A DNA stretch of 64,000 nt from Botryllus schlosseri (taxonomy: Eukaryota). The stretch covers positions 27,838,001 through 27,902,000 of the forward strand of contig CM119381.1 of the NCBI GenBank assembly GCA_051294905.1, given 5' to 3'. The first letter of the stretch is position 1; each line of letters begins with the position of its first letter. A program made the position numbers and the translations under genes. The notes beneath the pieces were generated by a model that was not told where the DNA came from, made no database searches, and worked only from the letters and a program-made list of their open reading frames with translations. Below are positions 13,231 to 26,600 of the stretch, in pieces.

Positions 13231-15224
13231 GATATCTCTATAGCACAAAATCGATAAAAATAAACAATATAGTTAGAGTGTTCGCGCAATAATTTTCACC
13301 GGACAAAATTTTTTTGCAATCCAACGAATTGCAAAATCACCAAGTTGCAGATGCAGGTAAGCTGCAATGCCTGTGGTGTGGACGCTAAGAAAATGCAGGC
13401 AATTCTGCAGTAACAAAACAACAGCAGAACAATAGTTAACAACACAAAAATGTACCGGAACGGACCATGTAAGACGATATGAATTTCCTAAAACCATGGA
13501 CGTATCGTCGGAATAATCGCCAACAACCTGCAGTTACCCCATCTGTATTCTGCATTCATCCTCCTACGAAGAATCACTGACGCAAACTAATATTGAATCA
13601 TCTGAACCTGTTACCATTCCCAGGATATGCTGCTTGGGTTAATATTGAACGCCTGCACATTGGCTCTTTCATAACCGTCTGTTAGTTGGTTTTAGTTCAT
13701 AGTCACCAACAGCATACAAGCAACGAAGCGTGTGATGTCAGTTTACTTTTCGCCTGGCTTTCTTCAGAATGGGGTCAGATTCCTTAGTTCTGACGTTTCC
13801 TTATCATGTCTTGATTCTAATTCGTCCGTACGCCAGCGAGGACGCTTGCGCATCCAATGCTTTACCGCGTGGCGCTCTGACAGTCTGACAATCAATTGAT
13901 GGAAACAGTTTGTGTATAGATTGCCTCGGGTTCCATCTCAGAAAGCAGATGCATCACAAATATCTCAATTGAATAATACATCTGTTTATACTCGAATATT
14001 TCAAAATAAATACATTATTCAATTGCATGTTGAACTTCTGTCCATCCAAGAGTATTTAAAGAAATATCTCACAATCAGTTGGTATTATGCACAAAACAGT
14101 ATAGGCCTACTTTCTGTTGTGACGTATATTCGTCGTCTTGAGACCGCAAATATAATATGGCAGTTCTAGATCTGTGATATATCGTATATCCGACTATACC
14201 GCATGAAGCAATCCATCGTTAGCAATAAATTAAATTGAATACGTCAGTGTCATTATTCAAGGTCGCCTAGTACTGACCCACTCGGTCTCTACTCTCGACA
14301 ATGTTAAAAGTATAGATAGGCCTATTCGCCAAGAAGAAAGCAAGCTATATAGGCCTATACGTCTGCTGACAACTCATGATAACTGCCACGTTTTAATAAG
14401 CCTGCATATCGTTCTAGTAATTGATAACAAGCCGAGAATTGCAGCATCTCGTGCTGAAGTTACCCAACGTTTATCCCAAACCGTGTCTGCTGTCAAGAGT
14501 TAATCCCTTTCATCGCGCGTTAAAGCTTCTGCGCGTTCTGTTTTAAGGTAGTTTTACTTCACATAATCTGTTTGTAATCCCGTGGGATAATGGAGTAGGC
14601 CTACTACTACGACTACTAAATGATGTATGTGTTTAGCACTAATACTGACGTACAAGGATCAATACATCAGCGTAGTCTGCATTTGTGACAACTAACAAAT
14701 ATGCAAGCCATTAGCCGCAAAGCTGTCGAACTATATTCTGTGCTGATATAGCGACTAAAAAGCGGCATCTCAGTTTATCAACTGTCAAAGAGGACGCGAT
14801 ACGCCCAGCGAATTATGCAGTCAGCCTACCGCAATAAAAACTGGAAAGACAGTTTCAGCTGTCGCTAGCATCTTGCCGCATTGAATGCTGTCTGTCTTTC
14901 TCTCGTCCATCTGAACAGACATTGTACTTCAATGACTTAAGGGTTTTCGAACTGAATGGATAAATGACATCACTTCCTGAATTCGAGATATGGTTTCGAT
15001 CGATGATATATAATGCCTGCAAACGTGGTTCGTCTTGACAGGCACATGTCGCGCACTATGATTTCTTGGAGATGAAACTCTCACTTATAACCTAATTCAA
15101 AGTTTATAAATTGAAGTCGGCAATACGAATTATTCGCCGCCGCTGCGGTTGGAATCGTCAAAACCTGTTCAGTTTTCGCGTTTGTGAAATGTCAAAATTG
15201 AACAGAGTTTTTTACATGTTTTGA

Positions 15225-15400
15225 TTGGGGTTTGGTGATACGATTGTTGGTATAGGTCTGCAATGTTCTTTCCAATTTCCTACTAGTTGCTGCAATTACC
15301 CATGAAGAGTGCCAGCCGAAAAATATTCGGCTTTCTTTCAATATGAATACTAAATATATTATACAATTGCATATTGAATAAGTTCTGTACCTCCAAGACG
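15225..15400 (+). repeat. Single arm of the hammerhead-core repeat family (copy B)
   Basis: ATTACCCATGAAGAGTGCCAGCCGAAAAATATTCGG at 15295-15330, ending ...TTCTGTACCTCCAAG. Approximate bounds. Confidence 0.7.
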
Positions 15401-15606
15401 TTCTCCTTAATGAAATCACTAAAATATCCATTTCCAAACAGTCACTTCATGATGCATAGCATCCCGAAAGTGAATTTAGCAGAAAAACTAATATAAACCT
15501 TTTATATCCCTAAATGCTCGGGAGTTTTGTCTGATATATCTCACGCTATTCAAATAAGAAATTGGCCCGAAACTTGCAACTTAGTCACTGGTACGAGCCT
15601 GAAAAC

Positions 15607-17241
15607 CAGGGCTTTGGAGCCGGAGCCGGAGCCCGGAGCCGGAGCCCCGGAGCCGTGCATTTTTACCGGAGCTGGAGCCGGAGCCGGAGCTCTATATAAA
15701 ATTCAGCCGGAGCCGGAGCCGGAGCTGGAGCCAGTTATTTGAGGGGTAGCTCCGGCTCCGACGTTTTTCATAAGATGCTATTATATATGCAACAACCATA
15801 TCTGCTGAGTACACCGAATTCAACAGCAGGCCTTCGCGAAATTAAGAATCTTTTTCTCTTTCGCGCTACATTTTTCGACTAACCATGTTCCTGGGGGTTT
15901 AACAGCAGAGCAGTCGTATGCTCAATGTTCAATTTTCATACATGAGTGCCGAACCTCGGTATGCGACATATGCCTGTGAATATTGTGGGTATTCGGCATA
16001 CTCGCAATTTCATCATCAGCACAACCTTGTTGACCAATTGTATACGGTTCGAAAATAATGATCACTATGTATTACGCGAAATGGGAGAGATGATAAAAAC
16101 GTGATTTCGTTGCACATGTCGATATGACGAGCACGAGCCGAGAAATTCCGTCTCATCATTGCTATGAATCGGATAAGCAAATACTGTTTTTTTCGTGATA
16201 GTTCTTTAGTCGGGCCACGAAAGTGGACAGTGTTATTGCGAGTGTGCAATTATGCATGCTAATTGCAATTCATTACTGCGAATCATTGTCATTCACTCCA
16301 GTAAGGATTTTCGAGCAATAGGGGATGGCAGAAGATTAGGCCAAAACCCCATGGTATTCTATGTTGGAGACAAACTATACTGATTTAATACGCGATTTCC
16401 AATTTGTAATCATCTGTTTCGTAAACTTGTAAATGTGCAATGTGCATACTGCATAGTTCAATTCGTTATGGGCATGGCGCAATGTGCATGGCACAGTGTT
16501 TATTTCGATTATTCGATTCATTTCAACGGGAAAATATTATTCCGATAAACTTGATCGACTGGTAACGAGTGCACCAATATCGAACGTCAAACCATTGGCC
16601 ATTTGGTACAAATCGAATTTCTATTGATCACGTCGTTATATCCGCCCATTTTGCCCTTACTACAGTTACAGTTGAATAATAATCGCACATTTAAAGATTG
16701 AATTGAGCTGTATGGCCTAATGGTAATGAGTTCAGTGCCAGTGTTAAAACGCCGCATCAGAATTTTAATGCTGTGGCACGGAGTAAAGTGCTTTTTTAGT
16801 TTATTGTAATATACGACGATTTACTAAAAATGTGACTGGACCCTGTATCTGCCAATGCGTCGAAACTCATATTTTATTCCAGTCATCAACATCCCAAGTG
16901 CCGCAGCCAGACTAATCATATTTTTGGTTGGCCTAGCGAGTTCACAATCTGAGCAATTCAAATTCGATAATATAACAGAATTTCGATAATATAATGTGAA
17001 ATTATAGCTCGCGGGCTACTCAAAGCCTTCTCGCGGTCCACATATGGCTCGCAGGCCGCGGGTTGCTCACCCCTGATACAGACAGAAACCTTCGATAGTT
17101 TTCAGAGCCGGAGCCGGAGCTGGAGCCGGAGCAGTGGTAATAATGCTGCTCCGGAGCTGGAGCCGGAGCTGATGTATGATAGAAGAAAGCTCCGGAGCCG
17201 GAGCTGGAGCAATGCAAATTTACGGCTGCTCCGAAGCCCTG
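15607..17241. mobile_element. Non-autonomous hAT element with GGAGCC subterminal arrays
   Basis: TIR CAGGGCTT(T/C)GGAGC; perfect TSD CTGAAAAC; GGAGCC/GGAGCT arrays at both ends; contains the end of a Buster-type MITE near 17076; no transposase ORF. Confidence 0.95.
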
Positions 17242-17495
17242 CTGAAAACGAGCCAGATAGTGATCCCATATCTAAACGCACACTTACCTGAGTTAACCAT
17301 ATGCCGGATGTAGCCTAAATGTGACTTTGATCTGGTGTTGCAAAATAGTTTGTGGGCTTCGAAGATTAAATATGAATTGGATTTTTCATTTGATGTTGAA
17401 TTCGTGAACTAATGAGCTAGGTTACATCAAGTCATCCACAGTGTTGTTTTTGTGACATTACTGTGACTTTATTTAACACGAGTGTATACTGTATG

Positions 17496-18708
17496 CAGGG
17501 GCCGGGAACCTTTTTCGTCCGAAGAGCCATATTGGCCCAATTTTTTCCATTTTAACCCTCAAAGAGCCATACATGTCAATCAACTGCTACGTCACAATTG
17601 AAACTTCTTGACGTCACGGCAGCACTTGTACAATATCACTACATGGCATTCGTCGTGTGAGCCTCATTTTCTCTGTAAAAACTTGTACTAATCATGCTGG
17701 TAACCGTATTTGAGCAATCGAAACTTGAGTTACGAGAACGTAGCTTCGTCGTGATGCTCATTTTAAATGCGAGAACTCCTGATCACATGCGTAAGTGGAG
17801 GCAAACATGGTCATTACAGCAGTATATACCCAATGCAAGATGTGATACATCAGGAAGGATGTGTGAACGAAAATTGTGGAACCTTCAATTACTATTGTTA
17901 TTTTCTATCGATGTTCATGAATGACTGAATTTTAAACATTTTATCCTCCCAAAATTAGGCGATTTGCATATTTATCATTCAAAAATATAGCCCGAAACGA
18001 GAGGTTAGGCACAGACGGACCAAGTCTCGTCATTGATACCGCAATTCATCGTAAATAGCTTAGAATTTATATTAACTAATATTAATTCAATGTAATATGT
18101 AGCTGTCGCACTGATTCTGAAAATCTAAATACTGACCGATTTTTCAATTCTCAGTATTCTCAAGTATTCGGCGGGAAATAACGTCGCGCTACGCGCTTGC
18201 ATTTTATCGCAGGTATTACAAAGCGACTTACCAATCAAGAACGTGGATCTGGATAGCTATGGCGTTGTTTGTAATGCGAGTTTGTAATTGTGAATGTAAC
18301 TCCCACGGCAGTTCATCTCGCGCCGTAGATCAGGAAGACAGTGCGTATTTATTTGATAATTGCGTTGTCATATAGGCATCGTAATGTCTAATATTCTCGT
18401 TGATCAATCGACAATCTGCGTATCGTGCAATCCAAGTCGGGTACATCGAATTCGCGGTTCATATTGGTCGCCGGCGCGACAATAACTTGAATTTGGGGAT
18501 TTTGAAAGGGGGTCAGAGCCCCTAAGCCTGAAGACCGCATTGTCTTTACCTCTCAAAGAAATGTGCATACGGTCAAGATAATAATAATTATTCTGATCGT
18601 GATGAAAATTTACGAACCACTTCCTGCAATATTGATCAATTCCGTAAAAAACTAAATATCTGGCAAAGAGCCATATATGGCTCGCGAGCCATTGGTTCCC
18701 GACCGCTG
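17496..18708. mobile_element. Non-autonomous hAT (Buster/Charlie-type) element
   Basis: Ends CAGGGGCCGGGAACC / GGTTCCCGACCGCTG; AAGAGCCATAT near both ends; TSD CTGTAT-G / CTGTATAG (1-nt indel). Confidence 0.75.
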
Positions 18709-21700
18709 CTGTATAGTATGCTGAAATATAATTCTCCTGGATTTCGGCTTGACATGAAGATCTCAAGGGTCGCATCGCCAGCACTAGTCTAGTTAGCTAC
18801 ACAGTAATATAGCCGTGTAATTGTTTTTGCTTTCTGGTACACTTTTAGCGAAAAGGGTTTGTATTTCCACCCGCACACCACCCCTGATATACGAGTGCGA
18901 ATATACAACTGTGACACACGAAACCAAAACAAGCTAGAATTATACCGCGGTATAAATCAAGTAAAACATTTTAATCCAAAATATGTATGCACGTTGGAAC
19001 CTCGGAAGGTATGCACGGAAGCACGGAGGATTTATGATCGCGATATAATTCCGAGTTAGGTTCTGATTTCGTGTAATACCGTTTTTCGCTGAGATTGTAC
19101 CTGCTCAATTTGTTTGTTGGTAAAGTTCCGGTTGAAGGAACAATAATCTCTCTCTCTCTTGACGGTTTCAGCTTAAAGGTCCAAGAACCAGCATCAAAGT
19201 AGAATATAATTGGTGGGATTTCGTCAACTCGAAAATTTTCTTCACGCTATCTCGTGTCTGGGGAATTTTGTTGCTTTCAATTTGGGTACCAACCCCCCCC
19301 CCCTCCCAGCAAAATGATAGTAGGCAAACAATAAAAACTAAAACACAAATTACAGAAATGAGTCAAGCCTTTTTCACAATTATGAGAGAATGGTGGCTCG
19401 AGGCCATTGGGGTGCTAAACTCCAGAGGTGTGAAACCTGCTGTTGCGGGAGTATCACACACCAGCATTTCGGCGCCGGCTGGTAATTCTACCCAAGCACA
19501 CATCAAGACCTATATGTTTCGGTTTACCGTGACCGAGTTAAGTAAATTGTTAAAGATATCGACGGCGATACACATTTCGATATACAATACACAGAGCGTT
19601 GGGCGAAGCGTTGGATATTGATATTTTTAGTCGCTGCAATGTCTCCTGTCCCTGAAATCCACAGAAGTTGTGTTGAAAACCTATACGCGGGCCTAAGACC
19701 ATCGTTTGAGGCGGACTGACACAGTGCTGTTCCTATCCTGGATGGGGGTACGAGTAACATTTAATAACAGTTCAAGGGGTACTAGAAATCGCCAAGTTAA
19801 TACATCAGTTCCACTGCGGTCATTGCCCCGAATATTTAAATGACTTCTTTACGTCGGAATCAAAAGCGCACAAGTACGACACACGTGCGTCCACGTCGTC
19901 CAAATATCATATGATGGACCGAAAACATCATCGCTCCATCAAATATGCCGGACCTGACGTGTGGAACAATATCCCGCCGGCTATCCGACAGTTGACGAGC
20001 ATGTCTTGTTCACATTCAAGTCGCAATTCAAGCAATTTCTATTAAATGAATACTGGTCAGCCCCCAAGATTACTGAAACATGACCTGACCTATCGATCTC
20101 GCCTTCCGTGACATGCCACCCCATTTTTTGTCGCTTGCTTTTCTCAAACATTTTCTTTACTTTCATTCAGTGCGCATGCCTCCTCTTTACATCGCCTAGC
20201 CCCCTAGGCGAATGTGGGTGTCTGATTCCAAAGACTACTCCCAGTCGTTTCGACACCTTCCTATCTTTTCATTGTATCGCAATTTTTGTGGTGCATTGAA
20301 CTGATAAAAATTGCTAATAAACCGAGTGCTGAATAAGACCATGTATCCAGTACTCCCACATATGTTCAGCGCACGATATAGCCGGACCATGTCATATCGA
20401 CTTCACCTGTCGACGACACATGTCACTTCATGCTCATCGTTTTTCCTTTGTGTTATCTTGTGTACATGCCTTTTATTTACATATTCTAGAGGTGAAGGTG
20501 GGTGTCTGAATTACAAAATTATTCCAAGTCACTAGAACACACTTGGAGTTGTAGGCTACGACTCTCAATCAGACAGCATCATCATTTTTTACACCCACCA
20601 GTAGCCTAGATCCCCTTGCCTAGAACATGTACTGTACATAATAGGCATAAACACTGTATGAGAAGTATCAAGTAACAGAAGGTAACATCAAAAGGACATA
20701 AGCGATGAAAATGTTGTTGCGTGTGACCATTTACAGCGTAAATTGCTATTGTGTGACGGTAGGCAAGGCATAGTCAATATTATATGTGGGTTCAAGATCG
20801 ACCACCATATCCAGGGCTCTCATTCAATATAATCTAATTCGTCATTTTTTTGGAGGGGGTAAAGGGTGATGGTTTAATCCTATTAGCCGGACGTCTAAGT
20901 ACATACTCACAAATACGACATTATACAACGCGTAAACATGATTGGGTTTGGTGATATTGTCCATCAGGGATGATCATAGCGCGTGTGGCCAACATGACAC
21001 TTTAGAACTTTTATGGCTTGAAATGTTATGGTCAGGTCACTTCAGGTCTGCGTTGAGAGAGGCTTTGATCCGTTAGTGCAGTGACATATTTTCGCCCCCT
21101 CCCCCACCATTGGCTGCCGTAATTGTAGTTCCGATTTTAACACAAGAAAAGAACTATCAGAAAGCATATTGGAGGAGGGTTCTAACTCGGTAGAACAGGC
21201 TGCATAGGCGGATAATTTTACTCCATCCGTGGGTCAGTGACTGGCAGTGGCCTGTGCTGTGGGTGGCTAATTCCAGCCCAGCACATGTCTGCGAATCCAG
21301 TGATATGCCGAGATATTTAGCAGATCTATAATAATGGTAACGCTGTCATTAGACTATACGGTGAGTACCTGAGACTTTTTAGCAACTCAAAGGTTGTATT
21401 CTGATGGGCAGGCTTGGAAACCATATGATATGTTTGTATAATGTATATGTTCCTTGTGATTAATTCATCGTACAATATCTTTGCTGTGTTATTGTCGACA
21501 ACACCAGTCACACAACACGCTGCGAATATGTCTTCGTAAAGGTTTAAAAGTTGTACCACTGCTTCAGGTTAGATTTTGGATCAAGACAAGAAATATTCTT
21601 ATGGGTCTAGTCTTTGATCTGTTATCTTCATTTTAGGGACGAAACATAATTTGCGGCTCGGTTGGTTCTATGTGATGGAAAATGTAGAAGTTTTTGGACA

Positions 21701-22484
21701 GCTGGTCTTGCCTAGATCAGTGACACAGTATAATATTGATGATATGCCAGACGATGTTTTAATGACGGTACCTAGTTATTCTATGCCAAAAATCCTACTG
21801 TCATGCGCAATTTATTCCCCAAAACAGCCACTGAACATTCCACATCTGAGTGATATGATATGGAAATCTCATGTGTTTTGCGATTATGGGATCACTTTTC
21901 ATGTAGACATATACTATCCTTCCCATTGCCATTGGGCATTATAAAATATGTTTGCGATACCTAATTTTACGAATGTCTCTACCACCGTTGATTCCACCCA
22001 TACATTTTTGGGTTCTATCAAGACATTTTTCCTTACCCAAATTGTTTCCAGCCCTCTTCAAAGAAATAGATGTTCAAAACACTATAAAAGTAAAGTCACA
22101 ATGCATAGATGCATACATTCTGGTGCATACATTATGAATCCAAGTAAAGCATTAAACTGTTCAAATTTTAATCGTTAGGAACCATACTCCATTCACATAA
22201 ACAGTACTTTGTATATCAATCGTTACACAGTTTAGGCCTGCTGCATTCATGCGAGTATGATATTCACAGCATCATAAATAGTTCTGACAGTTCAGGAACT
22301 GATGATTAGTACACGGACTCGTATGAACTCAATAAACGGTTAAATATTATTTAATGAAAATATGGATATCTCGGAGTGGCGGTGTAGAGATGATGTACCT
22401 ATGCTGAGTAATATGAGTATGAAGATGAGGTTAAAATATAAAATCTCTCGACATCAAACCACATTTAAAAACACGAGTATCTGA

Positions 22485-25400
22485 CTAGGACTCTAAAATT
22501 TGTAGAACATCCCTGTACAGAGTATCGGCAATATTGTAACCCCACACAAAGTCCAGGTGGTTGTAATCGGAATAGAAAGATGCAGATTTCAAGTTTGGAA
22601 GATCTTTTATCAGCTGTTCTGCATCTGGCGGGGACACCAACCAATCCAGCTTGCCAAAGAATGCATAGGTCGGAACAGTGAACAGTGACAGATCATACTC
22701 GTCTGGATGGATCTGAATGATCAATAAAATGAGTCATTTGCATCAAATTGACACTACCGATCGCAATTTACTTTTTTGTAATGCTTGTAATTCTCCCAAT
22801 CGCTTCCATAGTCATAGTATCGCAGTTTGTACTCTTTACTATCACACTGTTGTGACCAATGTACCATGTTTTGTGTTGAAGTACCAGCGGGCGCATGAGA
22901 AAGATATACCGGAATCCTGGTCTGTAATATAGTGATGGTGAACAAAGTCTACAGTTAGTATTTTACGACTTTATTGTTGCAACTAGTAGTGGGCTAATTC
23001 TCCTAGTCGGACATGGACAACTGATAAATTCTAGTTGTCTATTCAGTGCGAAATAGTAGTAATCTACTTTGAAAAGTTTCTATGTTCTCCTTTCGCTTAT
23101 AATCAAATTTAATGTTTTCCTGAAAACGTAACAGGAGAACTTTATTGTTCGAAACGAGCCAAGCTTGTTGTGCAGACATTTGCCATTCTCATGCTTATGA
23201 GAATGAGCTCATATTTGGTAAGACCTGAACATATTTTTTTCATGTATTTCTTTTGCGAATTTAGAAATCCTGATCTGATTTGGAAAAATATTCTATACCT
23301 ATTAATTAAAATTCGAATCTAATTTGGAAAAGCTAAGAATTTTCTAGTTGTCCAACGACCAACATTGGTCCTAGTAATAGCCGAGGTTCAGGTCAATTGC
23401 CACGAGGTCGTCTGTTATTATCAATTTGTCTTCAGTAAATACAAAACGGTGAGCCGTCAGAAAATCTAGTACCCGTATTACAGCGGAAATTTGTGACAAG
23501 AAAAAATCTCATCTTACCAAATTAAAATGTGCAAGTCCCGTTCCCACCAAACTGTGCAAAACGACGGAACATGTATTCGGGATCTTGTAACACTCGTTCT
23601 CTGCAAATTTTGAAATCCACCCTTCATGGCTGAAAATATCGCCATCTTGAAAGTGGTCCCAAAATTTCTGTAATAGGTGTTCATCATCTCAAATGTCCTT
23701 TGTTACTGTAATGACTCCAAGAAAAATACAAAGTGCAATCATATGCATAGACAAAGAAGCCAGACAGAAATTGCAACATGCATATATTCAGATTAACAGG
23801 TATCTGATTTGATGTAAACATTGTTATGGTACCTGGATCTGTTTTGCATATGCTCCAAGTTGTCTCATGAGACCTTTGGCATGACCGACATAAATCGCAG
23901 GAGCTAGTGCGACAAACTTGTTGATTTTTTCCGCTAATGAGCTTCCGTATATTATGACAGATGTTATAAGATTTGTAGTTCCTGAAAATTGCAGATTTTG
24001 ATGAGCGGCCGTGAGAAGTTAATAGGCCTATGTTCTGTATTCCACAAGACAAGTACATTGTGGTACTGGTAGTTCTGTTTCTTTTTTATGGCAGTTTCAT
24101 TGTTTATCTAACCTTCCGAGTGCCCAATGTAGTCCAACTTTTGGTGACCAGTCCTCGATAAAACATAGTCGATCATGACCGGCACATCATATTTTCCCAT
24201 TTCGTCAAAACTGTAAAGATGATGATATCTTGAAATTGTGTTTTATGGCTGTTTTGGTGTTCAACTATCTATGCAGGCCTGCTGCAAGTACACTTGTTTG
24301 TCATATATGATTCATGTGATTTCTATCTGGAAACTACACAGAGCTGTTATTAAATATACTACGAGTGATGGACTTTGAGCAAAACAACAAAACTATTCAC
24401 TTTTGCTGTGGCATGGAATTCGTTAACATTCAAATGTAACGTTATTATTATATAGGGGACTCACTTATGCATTGCACATCTTACTTACGGAGTTTATTTT
24501 TTGAATTTCAAATACCAGTAATTCTACTTTTCAAGTAAAGTGGATTTTTGATAAGAGTAGCATCAAAGAATTTTTTCTAAATGTAGGTGCTTTTGAGTTT
24601 GTACATCAGCTATCAACTAAGGATATTTGCATTATCCGCCTCGTTCTGAAAAATTAAAAATCCTCGCATGGCATTTTAAATGAAAAAGTCCGCTACAGTG
24701 CACAATTGGGTTGTTAAAAAATATCTCTTTTCTTCTGGTTTTACACTGAACAACAACACTTTTAACCACAGCTTCACAAATTTCTCTTGATTTTATCATT
24801 GCTGAAGAATCCCCCCCCCCCATCGTGGTTGACCTCGGCACAGGTTCCATAAATTTCCAGAAAATGCCTTGTTCTGTGGACTTATGGTAGCGGAATCAGT
24901 ATGGATCATGGATATTACAACTGAATCATGCCTTTTGAGAGTAACTGAAATTGGCATATGCCCAGCTACTGCCACATACCTCCATTGCCAGAATTCATGA
25001 TCCGTCGGTTGGAGTCGTACATGCTTTGTTGTGTATCTGTTTCCTCTTATGTTACCCAACCAAACCTGCATAATAGACAGGTGTTATGATCATTATTCAA
25101 GTTCATAAGTGGCAAAAAGACTTACATCAAAACCATGATCTGCAAGTATATACGCAATGCTCTCATTCCTCAAGTTGTTGAGATAACAATCGCATGAACT
25201 CAGTAGGCCGTGCAAAAGAAAAACAGGCAAACCGACCCCTAAAATTCAGTCATGATGTCAGACGCATTACAAATCTCATGGAAGTAATGTACTAACTTGG
25301 TTTTGCTTTCCGGGATTTTATTCTCAATATAAATAGGATGAAACCATCAGCTGTCGTCACATAATGCTCTTCGGTTATGAAGCCTCTGATTGTAGCTAAT

Positions 25401-25963
25401 GTTGTCTGTGAAAATTGTGACATGTTGCTCGAGTTAAGATTAAATCAGCGAAAATTAAATCAGCGTAAATACACCATAACGTATGGTAGGCTATTAAATA
25501 TCTGCAAATGACAAGTTATTATTAACATAAGTCATGGCACTCTTCTTGGCAGACTTAAATATATTAGTTTTTGTAATATGAGACAAGTAGCCTAGCATCG
25601 CAGGAATAATCTCATTCGAATCTCCCTCCTGTCCTTCGACAATTTGCTATTTATCAAAGAAAATTATATTACCGCATTTCTTTTGCAGTCTGGTTCTCGA
25701 GGACCGCCAGTATCAGTTGCGTGTATTCCATTAGGAACTATATTGTTTTTCAAAATTTGCGACGTATTACTCCATATAGCCGCTAATTCAGGATTCCACG
25801 GCAATGATATGTTAGATTGTTTTAGAAAGTTAGTCAAGTCTTTTTCCAGCTCGTCGATAGACCGTGATTGCTCGTATCCAAACGGTCCGCCTTTGTCGAC
25901 TGTATATCCAATGGCAATGCCGCAAATGAACGGTAGGAACTTTAAGCATCCAACACAAGTCAT
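22485..25963 (-). CDS. Acid lipase (LIPA/LIPF family alpha/beta hydrolase), 9 exons, ~457 aa
   Basis: Exons 25963-25673, 25405-25297, 25238-25126, 25065-24980, 24210-24113, 23981-23833, 23667-23518, 22921-22772 and 22712-22485 are all phase-compatible. Motifs [43 protein letters not shown] (Ser), LDWLV (Asp), NHLDFVWG (His). Confidence 0.95.
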
Positions 25964-26329
25964 CTCGAATAGGCTACGCAATACGCTATCTGACCTACAT
26001 AGCAAGCTTGGCTTTTTCCTGTATCGAAAATGTGGTTGACATATCGGCTAGCGTAGCGCTTATGTAAGCTCGAGAGAATGAACGAACGTAACCTTTTTTA
26101 ATCGGGCGGCTTGCAGGCGGTGTACTATGTTGGCTTTGTGTCGCTTGGTGAAACAACAAGGGTTGTTCTTTACGCTTATTCCATAAACTGCTGACAGTAT
26201 CAGTCGGTTATGTTGTATTGATGACTAATTTTCGACTTGGTCTACCGAAGGTTGCGAAGTCCAAAAGTTCCTAATGCAACGCGACTTTGACGACAGTCAT
26301 GCCGTCGCGTCATATGATGTATGATTGAA

Positions 26330-26600
26330 TAGTATATTCATACTGAAATAAACTGGCTGACACTCGTCAGGGGTAATGGTCAGCGACTAGTGGAGAATTA
26401 AGAAGAATATTGTGTATATCAACAATGGTATCACCTAGTTTTTATGTTGGTGATGTCATATTTGGTGACACGATCGTTGACATACAATGTTCTTTTCCAT
26501 TCACAACTAGTTGCTGACGAGTGTCATCCGATAATATTCGGGTTTATTAAATATGAATATACTATTCAATTGTATACTGCTTTCTGTACCTCCAAATTGT
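26330..26600. repeat. Inverted pair of the hammerhead-core repeat family (copy C)
   Basis: Left arm CTGACACTCGTCAGGGGTAAT (partly deleted); right arm CTGACGAGTGTCATCCGATAATATTCGGG at 26514-26542, ending TTCTGTACCTCCAA. Approximate bounds. Confidence 0.7.

Noticed and set aside
13745-13775. Hammerhead-like CUGAAGA...GAAA on the - strand
   Set aside because: Two extra nucleotides after the core, only a 2-bp stem II and no convincing stem I or III; likely chance.
15527-15742. EPEPEP/GAGAGA ORFs (also 17020-17217)
   Set aside because: Translations of GGAGCC subterminal arrays of a MITE.
21326-21559. Minus-strand ORF with faint CARD/death-fold look
   Set aside because: Resemblance too weak, no upstream exon found, and it conflicts with a + strand intron model.
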